DNA of 63,904 nucleotides, filler included, from Saprolegnia diclina VS20 (GCF_000281045.1; 9 parts of 3 records of this genome joined end to end with filler, not necessarily neighbours in it); one strand, 5' to 3'. Shown: positions 23,663 through 36,963, numbered from the whole stretch's first letter. Translations and numbers: made by a program. The notes: generated from the letters alone by a model not told the origin.

Positions 23663-24238
23663 TCAAAAGGTGATTCCAGTGACGTCCAAACTGAGGTCCG
23701 CGTCGGCTGCCTCAGGTGGCAGTGTAATGAGGTCGTAGCGCGCATCGAGCAGCGCCGTGAGCATCGTCTGGAACGGCGTCGGCGCGTCTTCACCAGCGAG
23801 GACGGCCTTGAGGACGTTGGGCGAGAAGCCCGAGATGAGCGACACGCTGGCTTGGGTCGCGAGCGCTGCAAAGTCCATCGCGTTGCCGTTCACGTTCCAA
23901 AAGACGAGGTGCGGGACGTCGTAGTTGGCGGCCGCAAACTCTTTCGCGAGCACCGCATAGTTGGTCTCAAAGTTGCGATCCGCTTGGTCAAACGGCATGT
24001 CCGAGACGACAATAAGCTTCTTGGGCATGCGCTCGCGCGGGATCTGCTTGGAGACACCGAGGTGAATGACGGCGCGGAAGGCCGCAGCAAAGTCCGTGCT
24101 GCCGCCCCACGGCGCACCCCTGAGGCTCTTGACCTTGGCATGCAAGCTGTCGCCGTCAATGTGATGGAAGCGCGGTGACGACTCGAACGTGAGCACGAGA
24201 TTGTGAAACTCGTCCGAGACGATCGACGACACCATGAT
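23663..24238 (-). CDS. DUF2828-type vWA-domain protein, C-terminal part (5' end in gap)
   Basis: LTFESSP, WGGSTDF, MPKKLIVVSDMPFDQAD, TNY, PHLVFWNV, LISGFSPNVLK, TPFQTM. Confidence 0.82.
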   Translation of the reverse strand: MMVSSIVSDEFHNLVLTFESSPRFHHIDGDSLHAKVKSLRGAPWGGSTDFAAAFRAVIHLGVSKQIPRERMPKKLIVVSDMPFDQADRNFETNYAVLAKEFAAANYDVPHLVFWNVNGNAMDFAALATQASVSLISGFSPNVLKAVLAGEDAPTPFQTMLTALLDARYDLITLPPEAADADLSLDVTGITF

Positions 24239-25749
24239 NNNNNNNNNNNNNNNNNNNNNNNNNNNNNNNNNNNNNNNNNNNNTTAATTAATTAANNNNNN
24301 NNNNNNNNNNNNNNNNNNNNNNNNNNNNNNNNNNNNNNCGAGTGGCCGTGGCCACCGGTAGGGTCCAACGCTGCTTATGCAAATCAGATGAACGAGATGA
24401 GGGATAAGCGAGCGCTCTCGGGCTGTTGTCCTCTTCGGCGTCCTGGGTCGACCTCGCTGTGTGGCTTGGACCTTCCAGTACGCTAGTTTAAACGTGTTTA
24501 AACGTACTTGAACCGAAAAGGTGATGGGTTATCCGGTGTCGTCCGGATACAAGTCAAGCGTGGAGCACCACAGAACCAAAAGCGCGACGACGAAGCGACG
24601 ACCGATCGATGGGGCAGAGCCCATGGGAGATGATGATGCTTATGTGTGGAGAGATGGAGTGTGTGATGAAGGTGCTCAGGAAGCTTCTTCTGCTGCGTGT
24701 GCGTCGATAGTTCTGCGGCGCCTCTGGCAATGCGGACTCGGTCACCGGTTGTTTTGGCGAGCAACCGTCATGGCGCGTGTTGCCCTGAATCTTGATGGTC
24801 ACGCTGCAGTACGCGTGCTCATTGTAAGTGGGCAACGATATTGTATTCTCCAAGAATATAGGTGGCGACGACCTAGCTTCCTCGTCGATCACAAAGGCTC
24901 TTGGTACAGGGTGAGGGCTGGTCCGCGTCAGCGAAACTGCGCCGACCTCGCCCATGGTCGGCGACAGCATTTCCGCGGCCCGTAGTACTTCGTTTCGTGG
25001 CGCCTGCGTCTGCAGACTTCCATGGGTCTGGCGGCTCGCGCCACGCTGCATTTGTCTGTGACTGCCGGCGCACCGTCGCGGCGGCTTCGTTTGCGAGCAC
25101 CTTTGTCCTGCCATGTGCATGATCCATTCCATTATCTTTAGTAATCTGATCCCACACGCTCCATTGCATACTAGTGATAGACATTGCAGTTCATACTAGG
25201 AAGGTTGCCACGCGCTTTCTTTCGTAGGAGAGACCCTCGCCGACGTCCATGGCGGTATCGGACGGCCTCGTTCGTCCCTGAGCGGCAACAAGATCGGGGT
25301 CAACAGTTGGCTTCAGCGCCAAGCAACGCGGGAAGGTGGCGCGCGAGAAGGAGAAGCAGTGCGAGAAGGTGACCCTGGACGACAGCGTGGTCGAGGAGCC
25401 GCACCGTCGACGCCAACGTTTTCCGCATGATCAAGGAGGAAGAAGACAATGCTGGCGCCAGCAATCACCGTGTACTGTCGCCACACACCGCCAACGTCGC
25501 AATATCAGTGTGTTTTGTGTTTCTAGTATTTCTTTGTGGTGTGTTCTTTGCGGCCGCAGTCGACTCCCGGCCCTAAGTCGTGGACTCGATCCTGCGTTGA
25601 CGTTGCTAGTCCACGGGAGCTCGGGTAGGAGCATGCAGTCGGTAGCTTGCACGCAGCGCTTTGCAGTCCTATCGCGATCTTGGATCTGCCGCCACAACGC
25701 GCCACGTCATAGGATGTAACTGTCAGTTAAAACGACCATTGAGATCCCA

Positions 25750-28093
25750 ATGGACGCGGCCGCCACGAAGCTGCAGTGCATGTACCGGGCGCGCCTCGCG
25801 CGCCGGGTGGCCCGCGCCCAGCTGCAAACGATCGTTCAGCGCTACTACGACGCCGACTCGGGTACGCGCCCTTCTGTTTGCCTCAAGCGCATTAGCGTCG
25901 CTTGTCAACTAGGTCTGTATTACTACTACAATGCGATCACGCAAGCGAGCTCGTGGGTCAAGCCCAAGCTGCTTGGCAGCGACGACGCACCGCTCGGCGC
26001 GGTCAGCCACGGTCGGTTCTCCGGCGCGTATCTTTAGCGCACTGTCGATGGCAATTAGATTCCTCGACAGCCATGAACGAGCACGAACGTGCAACAGCCC
26101 ATGACGCCGACGAGTCGACGGACGCTGCACCAACGGAGAGCAAACCCGCCGAGGACGCACTGCCGAGTGAGCCTGCGCTTATTGCGGAGCAACCGCCGAT
26201 CGAAAGCGAGACGCACCGAGAGCGAGACGGTGGTGCGAGAGCCTTCCTCGGTCGTGGTGTGACGGAGTGCGTGATGGGACTTGGAGTAGCACCGACGGGC
26301 TCCGAGGTCGTGGCCATGACAGAGACCCCAGCGAACGCAGCCACGTCGACGGACGACGAGCGCCGCAAGTCGCAGCACTTGAACGCGCGTGCAGCCAACC
26401 CGTACTCGGCGGACGAGCTGCGTATGATTGAAGAGCAGTTCCGCAAGGTACGTTCGACGCCGTAGTGCACGCAAGCACAACTGCCTAGTTTGACACGGAC
26501 GGCAGCGGCGAGATTGGTCTGGACGAGCTCCAGGCCATGCTGCATTCGTTTGGCGACATGGCGACCAAGGACGACGTCCAAAGTTGGTCGATTCATCAAG
26601 GCCAATCAGTCTACTATAGTCGTCCTAGCGCTTATGGACACGGTGGGCATTGCCACGAACCACATCAACTTGTCGCAGTTCATGGCCATGCTTCACCACC
26701 AGCGCGAGCACGATACGTACTGTCCGTCGATTGAGCTCGCGCTCATGTTTGGTCCTGACGAAATCGCGAATTTGCGCTCGCAGTTTCAAGCCGTTTGCAA
26801 TAGTTCAACGTAGACACTGTACTAAAATAACGAGCTAGATCGACGCCGACGCCAGCGGCGAGATTGACGAGCACGAGCTCGCGACACTCATGAAGAACCT
26901 CGGGCAAAACCCGCTCGGCATGGACCTCAAGGCCATCATCCACGAAGTCGATCGCGACGGCAACGGCACCATCAACTTCAACGAGGTATATACACTTTTG
27001 GTGACAATCCCGTATCCGAATGTTCTAGTTTTGTCATATTGTGTACAACATGCGCAATCAATCCAAGACAAGTTGTCCACTTTCGTAAAACGGCCGAGTG
27101 CGATCCCCTGTCCGTAGAATTTGCGACGCTGCTGGCCCTGGGCGTGGCCAGAGGCCTTCTCACCGACCTCGGCGACGTCCACTTCAGCTACGCGATCGGG
27201 AAGAGCTCACGCGGTAGTAGGTCCTCGCCGCCACAAAGAACAAGGTGTCCATGTGGTGGTATTGCTCTTTATTCAATACGACAATATTCTCCACGTTTTG
27301 AATCTAGGAATGCCAATCGGCTGGCCGAAGAGAAGCGGTTGCGGGCCAAACGCGAGCGCGAGCTCGAGATCGAACGTCGGCGCCGTGAAGCGTACTCCTT
27401 TCGACTAAAGCCATCTCCAGTCACCATGACTCTCCGGGTTAGGGAAGCCCGCGAACAGCAAATCTACCAAGACGAACTCGACCGCCTTGACGCGCTCGAG
27501 CGCGAGCGTCTCACAATGGTGCCCGGTCTGCGCCACGAGGTGCTGCTCGAAGGGTAATGCTAGCTCGAGGACCCTATCCCTACAGGACAAACATGTAGCG
27601 ACAAAGAAAATTACCCGAACCGCGGCCAGTACGCCCGCGTGCACTACGTTGGCGCGGTACCCGCCTCCACAATAGTATCAATGTATCGAATTCACGTAGT
27701 TTGAGAACGGCAAAGTCTTCGAGTCGTCGCGGACCCGGGGCGGGGCCCTCGAGTTCAAAGTTGGCTGTGGCCACGTCATTGAAGGTACACATCGACTGTG
27801 TAAAATCACACTTCGAAAGTCGCGCAGGGTGGGACGTGGCGCTGCTTCGCATGAGTGTGGGCGAGACCGCGCGTGTTACGTGTGCGCCCAAGCTCGCGTA
27901 CGGCGTCAAAGGTACGACCATTTTGTGAAAATGTACAAAAATGAAATGTGAGAATCGATACACTAACCACAAACTAGGTCGGCCGCCCAAGATCCCCGGC
28001 AACGCAACACTCGTCTTTACGATCGAGCTCATCGCAATCAAGGAAAAGGTCGTTCGCAGCGGCGACGACGACGGCAGCGACGACGACAGTTGA
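25750..28093 (+). CDS. IQ + WW + EF-hand + coiled-coil + FKBP-type PPIase multidomain protein, multi-exon
   Basis: IQ-like KLQCMYRARLAR; WW-like YYYYNAITQASSWVKP; EF loops DTDGSGEI, DADASGEIDEHE, DRDGNGTINFNE; FKBP VHYVG..GKVFESSR..GHVIEGWD..MSVGE..LAYG..PPKIPGNATLVFTIEL. Single-gene continuity is inferred from splice sites. Confidence 0.75.
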
Positions 28094-28097
28094 TGCT

Positions 28098-30840
28098 CTA
28101 CGACGCAAACAACGACTGCTGTTGCTGCTGCTGTTGCTGTTGTTGTTGCTGCTGCTGGCTCCAGTAGTACATGAGTGCTTGTTCTTGGAGCTTCCCAAGG
28201 CCGCCAACGCATTTCGCCAAGAAGAACACGGCCCCCGGCGACTAGATAACAGTAGTGTGAGCCGCTGACAACAGCACCATCGAAGCGTACGTATTGCATG
28301 GCCGTCTCGAGGCTCGATGCCACGGCAGGACTGTTGCAGAGTGGAAAGTCCGAGAGCGGGCTGAAGAGCACTTGCGTCTGCGACATGTTGTCGGTCGACT
28401 CCTTGTAGAAGCCCACCTACGCCTCTCCCATGAGCATCCTACATAGTGCGAACGCGACGTACGAGTTGCTGGAACTGGTTGAAGGCGGGCAGTCCCATCT
28501 TTTGACCCTAACCCCACCCAGATTGAGTGATCTATCTCCAAAGAGGCAAGGACGTACGTGCATGTCGACTTGCATCTGCGCGAGGATCAACGACACGTAC
28601 TGCTCGTCACTCGGCGGCGTCGAGCCCGCAAAGAGCGATGTCGTGGCAGCCGCCGAGGACGTGGCCGCCATGTTGAGCGTGTTGAAGGACCAGTCGGTCG
28701 CGTCGGTCTCGGTCGTTGGCGTCTACAGACCAGTCTCAGAACACATATTGACACAAGATGGCGTACGCTCATGAGGCCGTCCATCGTGAGGTCCGTCATC
28801 ATCATGTCGGTGGCCTCGCGCGTCTCGGGCTCGGGCTCGCGCTCCGTCTGGAGGAAGATGTTTTCGGTCTTGAGAACTGCGTTCGTGTTGACGTTCGGGT
28901 TGACGTTCGGGTTGACGTTCGTGCTGGACGATGGCGTGTAGGCCTGCTGCGACGACGGCGTGTACGCTTGCATGTTGTTGTAGCTCATGCTGGCGGCGTT
29001 CGTCGGCGTGTACGCGGCGGCTGCGGCGACAGCGGCGGCTTGGTACGCGGCGGCGACTGTCGCCGGGTTGTAGGCCGCGTGCGACGGCGTGTACACCATG
29101 TTGGCGTGCGACGGCGTGAACTGCTGCGTATGGTGCTGCGGCGTGTAGTTGGACGGCGTGTACGGGCCATACATCTGCTTGTCGTTCGTGAGCGTTGGGC
29201 GTGGAAGGAGCGTGGTGGTACCTGGGCCTGCGGCGTCGCGGCCGCCCGGCGCGCCTGCTGGTGCTTGACAAAGCCGCAGTTGGGCGCGTGCTCGCCCGTC
29301 TTGGTCGCGTCCGAGAAGCGCTGGCAGCTCACGCAGCGGTACAGCGGCGCCTGGTGGTTGGTCGTGCCGTCGCCATGGATCTCATAGCCGATAAGCTTCC
29401 ACTCTTGCATGGTGTCGGTCCACGTCATGCGCGCTAATAGCCGACAAAATGCCGTTAGTCCCTTTTTCTACCCGACGATGATTCGCGAACGTACGTCGGG
29501 GCACGTTGTGGGGCGTGGCGCCTAGGAAAACTTGTCAGTGTCGTCTTTGAAAACGAGGATACGGCGTACGGCGCGAGCCCGGCGTGTACGCGTTGCTGGT
29601 CGGCGTTGCGCCGTGCGTCGGCGTCGGGATCATGCGCGGGCGCTGGCACGACGGTGACATGCCTGTCATGCCGCCCATGTTGGACGGTGACTTGAGCGAG
29701 CCTAGAAAGCGGTGTCGGGTAAGAAAACGCGAGTACGGAAACGGGCGACGTACTCAGTCGGCGCTTGTTGCGCTTGGAGCGAATGGCGACCGGCTGCGTA
29801 TCGACGGCCGCCAAGTCCTCGTAGACGTTGGACGACTGCGGCGCAATGCGCAGGAGAAAGCAGTGGTTCTGGTGGTTCTTGGACACATCTTCAATGCGGA
29901 ACTCGAGCTTGACGTGGCCGTTGGTGATGTGCGGTGGCAGGTCCGGGTACAGCTTGAGGATGCTCGCCGCAGTGTTGACGCTGGGCACGGACGCATTCGG
30001 GACGGGCTCGCCCGAGTCGTACAGCAGCTGCAGTGTCAACGGAATCTACATGCCATGGTCCGTCATGCTACGAACAAAGGACAGTTGACAAGGTATTACC
30101 ACGCGGTCAATGACGCTGTGGCCGGGCGCCGCCTGCACGTTGACCTGGACGCAGATCTTCTTGTCCTTCCCGCCCTCGTCCTTGAACCAGACGTCGGGCG
30201 GTTGCTCCGAAACAACGAGCTTTTCCTGTTGCAAGTGGTGTCGGCATGGCATCGAGATGGCCTCGCAGCTACCTTGACGATCGAGAAGGGCGACGTGAGC
30301 GTCGAGAGCGACGTGCAATCTGTCGACGGCACGAAGCAGCGGAGGCACATGTTGCGGAGCACGTGCTGGAGCGAGAAGCGGAAGGTGCACGTCTCGGAGG
30401 TAAAGACGAGGGGCGTCGTCGGGTCAATCGTCTAGGTACACAGCGTAGCACCGACGCTTCTACATACAGAGTGGGCGTACGAGATGCGACGACGTCTCGG
30501 TCGTGAGCTTCGTGTCTTCGTGCACGAGCGCGACTTGGAACGGCAGCGAGAGCGCGCCGCTGGAAGATAGCATCCGCATCATGAGCCCATTGCAGGCGCA
30601 GGCGAACGAGAATGACGTACTCGCTTTGCTTGGGCACTAGGTCGTAGTGCTCGATCACGAGCGTGCACTCGATGAACTCGTCGACGAAGGCGAAGCGGGG
30701 CATCGGCGCCTGCGCAACGAGGACGGGCTACATACGTACGTTGCATGAGCCGACTTGGCAGGGCGCGAGGATGGCTCCAGTACCTTGGCGCCCTTGGGCG
30801 TGGACCCGGCGCGCGTCTCGTCCATCATCGGTGCACCCAT
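28098..30840 (-). CDS. CudA-like (STAT-related DNA-binding domain) transcription factor, multi-exon
   Basis: PDVWFKDEGGK, LQLLYDSG, FRIEDVSKNHQNHCF, IRSKRNKRR, WKLIGYE..PLYRCVSC recalled as CudA-family motifs; YTP-rich region; last exon ends YYWS(polyQ)SLFAS*. Confidence 0.68.
28114..28156 (-). repeat. CAG/CAA polyglutamine tract
   Basis: Imperfect (TGC/TGT)n on the + strand, in the last exon of the CudA-like gene. Confidence 0.85.
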
Positions 30841-32398
30841 GGTCGCGATCTGGCAGTCGGCTGGAGGATGACGGAATAGGCCTCCGAGATGGCCCAAGCA
30901 GTGGCAACCCTCTGCTGTCTGGATACCTAGTGGAATCGCACCAATCAGCGCACGGTATAATGGCGAGACATTCCTTGTATATCCTATACTCTCTTTGTAT
31001 TTAGGGAAGTGATCGGCAGGTAGTCTTGATTTGTATGCTGCGAATGAGGCCTACAAACGTCGCAAACAAGGAGTACCCCGGATACTCTCTTGAATACAAG
31101 TCTTGGTCGTTGTATGGAAAGCATGCCGTCGGTAATGACTTGCGAAGCCAAAAGGAACGCGGCGTAACGCGCGCGACCGCCCACGCGGCCCCTTCGAATC
31201 AGCCGACGACGCCGTCCAGCGACTAACTAAGTACATTTTTCACTTTATATATTTTGACTATGCGTAGACTACTACGTCATCTCGGGGTGACCAATATCGC
31301 AATGTGCTTTGCAACGCTAGCTTGCAACGCTCTGAATTCAGCGGCAAGGTTCTCACTGCACGGCGCTTTTCACGTTTCAATTCAACGACCAACTAAACGC
31401 CGGCACGCTCATACTAACGTTACTGAGTTAGTACACACGATTGAACCAAGCGCCGAGGACAAAGCTATAACAGAATCATGTCGCGCGTCGTGCTAAGGTC
31501 CTTGCCACAACCTGGATAGACGTGGGGACGTCATCCGACCGATCCACCGCCAACGAAGCGGCGTGGACTAGTGCTGATTCTGAGGCCACCACCCGAGAAT
31601 GACGAAGAGCTCTCTCCAAGCAAGCGTCGTACACGGAGAGGAAGGAAAGGACGACCAAACCGGAATCGAGATGCTGTCACCCAAGAGTGCAGCGAGTTAA
31701 AGGTGTCGTATGAAGAGCCATGAAGACTCCGAGGAAAAACTGTGCCCGATCATCTCGATGCGCGCGTTTGATTGGCCGAGCCCGCGTTCGATTTGCACCA
31801 ATCCCATGCAGTGGCGTGACGCGGCTGGGTTCGGCGGTCCCACGTGCCATTGACGAAGATGCGTGTTGACGTGTTGACGGCCGCACGCAACTGCAGTACC
31901 GCGTGCCCTCCTGTTGGCTCGTCATCGCTACACGCGTCGCTGCTAGTTGACGCGCTTGCCTGTCGCCTTGGAGCCGGGTTTTAGACGTGCCGGCGGCGGC
32001 GTCTCTGCCGCACGGCTATGGCCCTGAACCCAGGTGCGCATCGTCGATTGCCCCTGCTGCGTTACTTCGGTCCACGGCAAGTGCAGCTACCACCGTCGGT
32101 TTGCCAAAGTGGCGAGCCGTTTGTGCGAGGCGAGTCGACCGCCCGCGCCTGCGACGAGGTGTAGACTCGAGAATGTGCCGTAAAACAAGCAAAGTGCATT
32201 ATTGTCTTCCTGTGCAGCAGCTGCGTCAGGGACGCTTCAAGTGGTGCAAGATCCAAATGGACCAATCAGCGTCGACGTGGCTTTGAATTGGCTATAATTC
32301 CGCAATGCCAGCCAATCCATGAGCTGATGTAAAAGATACGCCTGCGGATTGGTGCAAATCCGTTTTGGACGCAAGTTTCGCACGCGAACCGACGCGGG

Positions 32399-35300
32399 AT
32401 GGCGGCGACCGCGACAGCCGCGATGCTCGTGCACCGCTACATGTACGGGCTCAAGGGCAGCGTGCGCAGCAACGTGGCTTTCTGCGAGGAGAACACAGTC
32501 GTCTTTCCTTGCGGCCACAACCTCGTCGTCCACAACATTGAGACGAAAGAGCAGCAGTTCATCCATGGCATCGAAGGCAACGCGGGCGGAATCACCGCCA
32601 TGGCCGTCGCTTCGAGCCGCAAGTCCGTTCTCTTGATGTCTAAATTGGTTCTACGCTTGTGGCGTAGGTACGTGGCGGTCGCTGAGCGCAGCGAACATGG
32701 GCTTATTCACGTCTACGACCTCACGACGCTTCGCCGAAAGAAGCCCCTGTCGTTTCCCGATTTGGGCTCGGACGTCTACGTACGTGGTCGCTGTCAACCG
32801 GAGTTGAAAACATGAATCTCATGTAGGTGAGCCTCGCCTTCTCGGCCGATGGCAAGTACATCATCGCGCAGGGAGGGCACCCCGAATGGAACCTCGTGCT
32901 GTGGTCCTGGGAGAAAACCAAAGTCGTCGCGACCGTGCGCTCCGTGTCGCAATACGGCAGGTAGGCAAATGCACCTTTCAACTACGAGGTTATTAGGCAT
33001 ACATGTCCCTAGTACCGTCGTCCAGGTGGACTTTAGCCCCAACGACAACAACACGATTTGTGCGAGTGGCGCCAGCACCATCAAATTCTTCAAATTGGTC
33101 GATGGTTCGTCGTTTTCGAGTCTGAAACGGGGTATAATTCGTTGGGTTTAGGGCAGTTGCGCCAACAAGTCAACTCACTCAAACGCGAGCCCGGCAACTT
33201 TCTGTGCCACACATGGCTGCCGGATGATCGTCTCGTAGCCGCCGCCCTCACGGGCGAGCTCTGGTAGACGAGTGCACATTGTCAGATCTTATCGTTGGTT
33301 CTTGGATTAGGTTATTTGAGAGCCTCGAATTTCGCATCGTCCTCAGCTCGTCGCCGTCCGACGGTCAATACATCTCGTCGCTCCTCGCGTACACCAAAGG
33401 TATGCTCCAAATTTGGTGTTTAAAGATCGGTGCGACAATATGTCATGGGACTAGGGTTTGTGGGGGGCGGCGCGGGGGGTGTCATTCGTATTTACGAGAA
33501 AAGTGACGACGTTCGCGAGCAGTACAAGCGCACCAAGAGCTTCACGATCGACGGGAGCTCGCAGATTGTTCAGAACCTTGCGATTTCGCCGAGCGAAGAC
33601 ATGCTCGTGTGCTCGCTCGAGAGCAACCAGCTGTACATGCTCACGCTGAGCTCGACAGATATTCTCAAGGAAGATGCGATGAACTTTGAGCTCGTCTCGA
33701 CGCCGTTCCATCGACCGGGCGCCAACGGCTCGTCGCACATTACGGGGTATATGCTTCAATTGTGTGGTGCTAGATCATAATCATGGCGGTGACTAGGCTT
33801 GATGTGTGCATTCGCAAACCGCTCATTGTCACGTGCGGTGTCGACAAGTCTGTCCGCGTCTGGAACTACAGCGACAAGTCGACCGACATTTTCAAATTTT
33901 TCAAAGAAGAGGCGCTCGCGGTGGCGCTGCACCCGTCCGGTCTGCACGTTGTCGTCGCGTTCACTGACAAATTGCGCATGCTCAACATTCTCATGGACGA
34001 CATTCGGCCGTACCGCGAATTCCGTACAGTTGCAATATCGGCTATCGGGTGGAGGACGCTCTTGTAATTTTTCATAGCGGTCAAGGCGTGCAAGGAAGTG
34101 CGGTTCAGCCACGGCGGGCAGTACTTTGCGGTCGCCAACAACAATACGATTCAAGTACGCCCTTCGGAAATGGAAACGAGGACACTATTGATGAAACGCG
34201 ACTAGGTTTACGGCACGTACTCGGGCGAGCTCATGACGGTGCTGCGCGGCCACACCAACCAGGTCAACGCGATTGTATGGAAGCACGGCGACCGCAAGCT
34301 CGTGTCGTGCGGCTCGGACGGCTCGATCTTTCAGTGGGACGTGCGCAATGCAGTCAAAGTCGGTGACGGCCACACGCACCCGCGCTGCAACTACTCGGAC
34401 ATTGCGCTCGCCGCCGACTCGGCGCTCTTGTACGCGTCGGGCACGGACGGCACGCTCAAGGAGATTGACTTGGCGGCCGGCGCGCCGCGGATCGAGCACG
34501 CGGCTAACTGTCTTTACGGTATTTTGCTTTATTTCAATGTATACAATGGAGTGACGGAATGACGGACACTCGTTGCGTAGGACCGATCGCGATGACCACG
34601 TCCCAGCAGCTATTGTTTGTGGGTACGATCGAGCCGCGCCGACCCGGCAGCATCCGCATGTACAAGTTGCCGCTCGAGCCTGAAAGTCCGTATTTGGAGT
34701 ACCAGTGCCACGACTTGCCGGTGGCGCGGCTGCGCTTGTCGCATGTAGACCCTATTCCCTCTCTAGAACATGTGGTGGAGCACGCCCCGTAGGACAACCA
34801 ATATCTCTTTTCCGTCGGCGAAGATGGCTCGCTGTGTATTTTCGAAACCAAAGAATCGTCGCTCAACTCGAAACTCAAAGGTATGCGTTTGAGGACAAAA
34901 ATATATCGACAATATTGTACTAGGCCGCAGCGAGCGCGATAATGTCATGCAATTTGCCGAAGAAATCCTCGTGACCAAGTCCGACTTGGAGGAGAAGAAC
35001 CGCATCATGCAAGGTCGGATTGGCGTCCTCGTAGTGGCGAGAAAGAAATGCGGAAACGTAGAGCTCAAGGCCAAGGTCGACGAGCTCACGCTGCACAACG
35101 AGTACCAGCTGCGGCTCAAGGACATGAACTACAAGGAAAAAATCCAAGAAGTCAGGTACAACTGGCAAGCCGCGCTTTCAAAATCGACTTACGAAACTAG
35201 CGATAAATTCACATCCGAACTGACCCAAGACCGGCAGCGCTGCGGCGACCTCCAAGAGGACAAGCGCGAGATGGAGCTCGAGTACGAGACCAAATTCCAC

Positions 35301-36963
35301 GAGCTCGACACCAACCACCAGCGCGAGATTGACGAAATGCGACGAACGTACGTCGATTTTCCACAAAAACACTGGAGAATGATATATTGTACTAGGTACG
35401 AAGCCAAAATCAAAGCCGAAGTTGAGCGCTACGAGGCACTGACGCAAGAGCGCGACGAAGAGAACGCGCGCTGGGAAGAAGAGAACCAGCTTTTGGTATC
35501 AACTTGAAACATTGCACCGTATTGAGAGCGCATCGTTAGGTCGAGAGCCATGCGCAGTTTTTGGCGGAAATGACCACCGAGTACGACCACAAGGTCGAGA
35601 CAGAGCAAGTCAAGCAGACGCAGCTCGGCAGCGAGAAGGAGGAGATCATGAGCGAGTTCGACGACAGCAAGAAGCAGATCGAAGAGGACGCGGACCTCGA
35701 GATCGAAGAAGTCAAGGCCAAGTACGACGCCAAGTTTCTCGAAGAACGCGAGGCTACGCTCCGGCTCAAAGGTATAAATGCAACCCAATGCAATGTCAAA
35801 ATTGTTGTTAGGCGAAAATGGCATTATGAAGAAGAAATTCACGGCGCTCCAAAAAGATATCGAGGACCAAAAAGAGGAAATTCGATCGCTGCAAGAGAAA
35901 GGCCGCGAGCTCTACGAAAACATCAAGGGCCTCGAAAAGGACATCCAGGGACACAAAAAAGAGATTCGCGAGCGCGAAGAGACGATTCAGGACAAGGAGA
36001 AGCGCATTTACGACCTCAAAAAGAAGAACCAGGAGCTCGAGAAGTTCAAATTTGTGCTCGATTACAAGATCAAGGAGCTCAAGCGCCAAATCGAGCCACG
36101 CGAAGTCGAGATCGCCGACATGAAGCTCCAGATCGAAGAAATGGACCAAGAGCTCGAGCACTACCACAAGTCGAACGCAGCGCTGGACTTGATGATTGGC
36201 GAGCTCACGCTCAAGATGGACGGCATGCAAAAGGACATCAACACGCAGCTCCTAGAGATCAAAACTGGGCGGTCGCTCATCAAGCAGTTCCAGTCCGACT
36301 TGCACGACGTTGCCCAGCTCCTTGACGCCAAGAAGGCGCTCAAAGCCAGTGTCATTGGTGCGCGCTTGCACCAAATCGAAGAGAGACATGACAATGTTGT
36401 AGGACTCTACAAAAAATACGAGCACGGCAAGGTGGTCGCCGACGTTGGCGGCGACCTCGACGCGCAGCAAGAGTACAACCGACAGCGCGAGTACCTCGAG
36501 AAGGAAGTCGAGAGCATGAAGAGCAAGCTCGTCAAAGGCATGAAGATGAACCACAACGAGATGATGCGACTGAAGCGGGAGAATGCGCTGCTGACAGGCC
36601 AGGTACACACTTGACGAGTGCACAGAGAAGACCGAGGATGTAGGTGAACGACCTTCGGCGCGAGTTTTACAGCGTCAAGGCAAGCCAAAGCGAAGTCAAC
36701 AGCCTCCGGGCCAAGCAGCGAGACCGGCGCGTGCTCGATGAGCGCGACTCGGACCTCCGGCGCGAGTGCGACCTGCAAAAGGTTCCGTCCTCCGCATGCA
36801 TACGACGCTTCATGCGTGCGTCCTATAGTCGCAGATCCAGCAGCTCAAGCAGCAGCATGCGGCGCTTGTCAAGGCGCTCGGCGGCAACCAAGGTAGCCTG
36901 CCATCGCTCGCACGGCGCAACACGGGCGGCCTCACGAGCAAGTTGCCGCCCATCGACGCCTAA
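32399..36963 (+). CDS. CFAP57: Cilia- and flagella-associated protein 57 (WDR65)
   Basis: N-terminal WD40 repeats (YGLKGSVRSNV, LDVCIRKPLIVTCGVDKSVRVWNY, FSHGGQYFA) and long coiled coil (FAEEILVTKSDLEEK, LRLKGENGIMKKKF, KKKNQELEKFKFVLDYKIKELK). Many short introns. Confidence 0.92.

Noticed and set aside
24339..25700. Coding-looking patches and tandem GTTTAAACGT at 24486-24505
   Set aside because: No coherent gene model or family could be assigned; the two-copy repeat may be chance.
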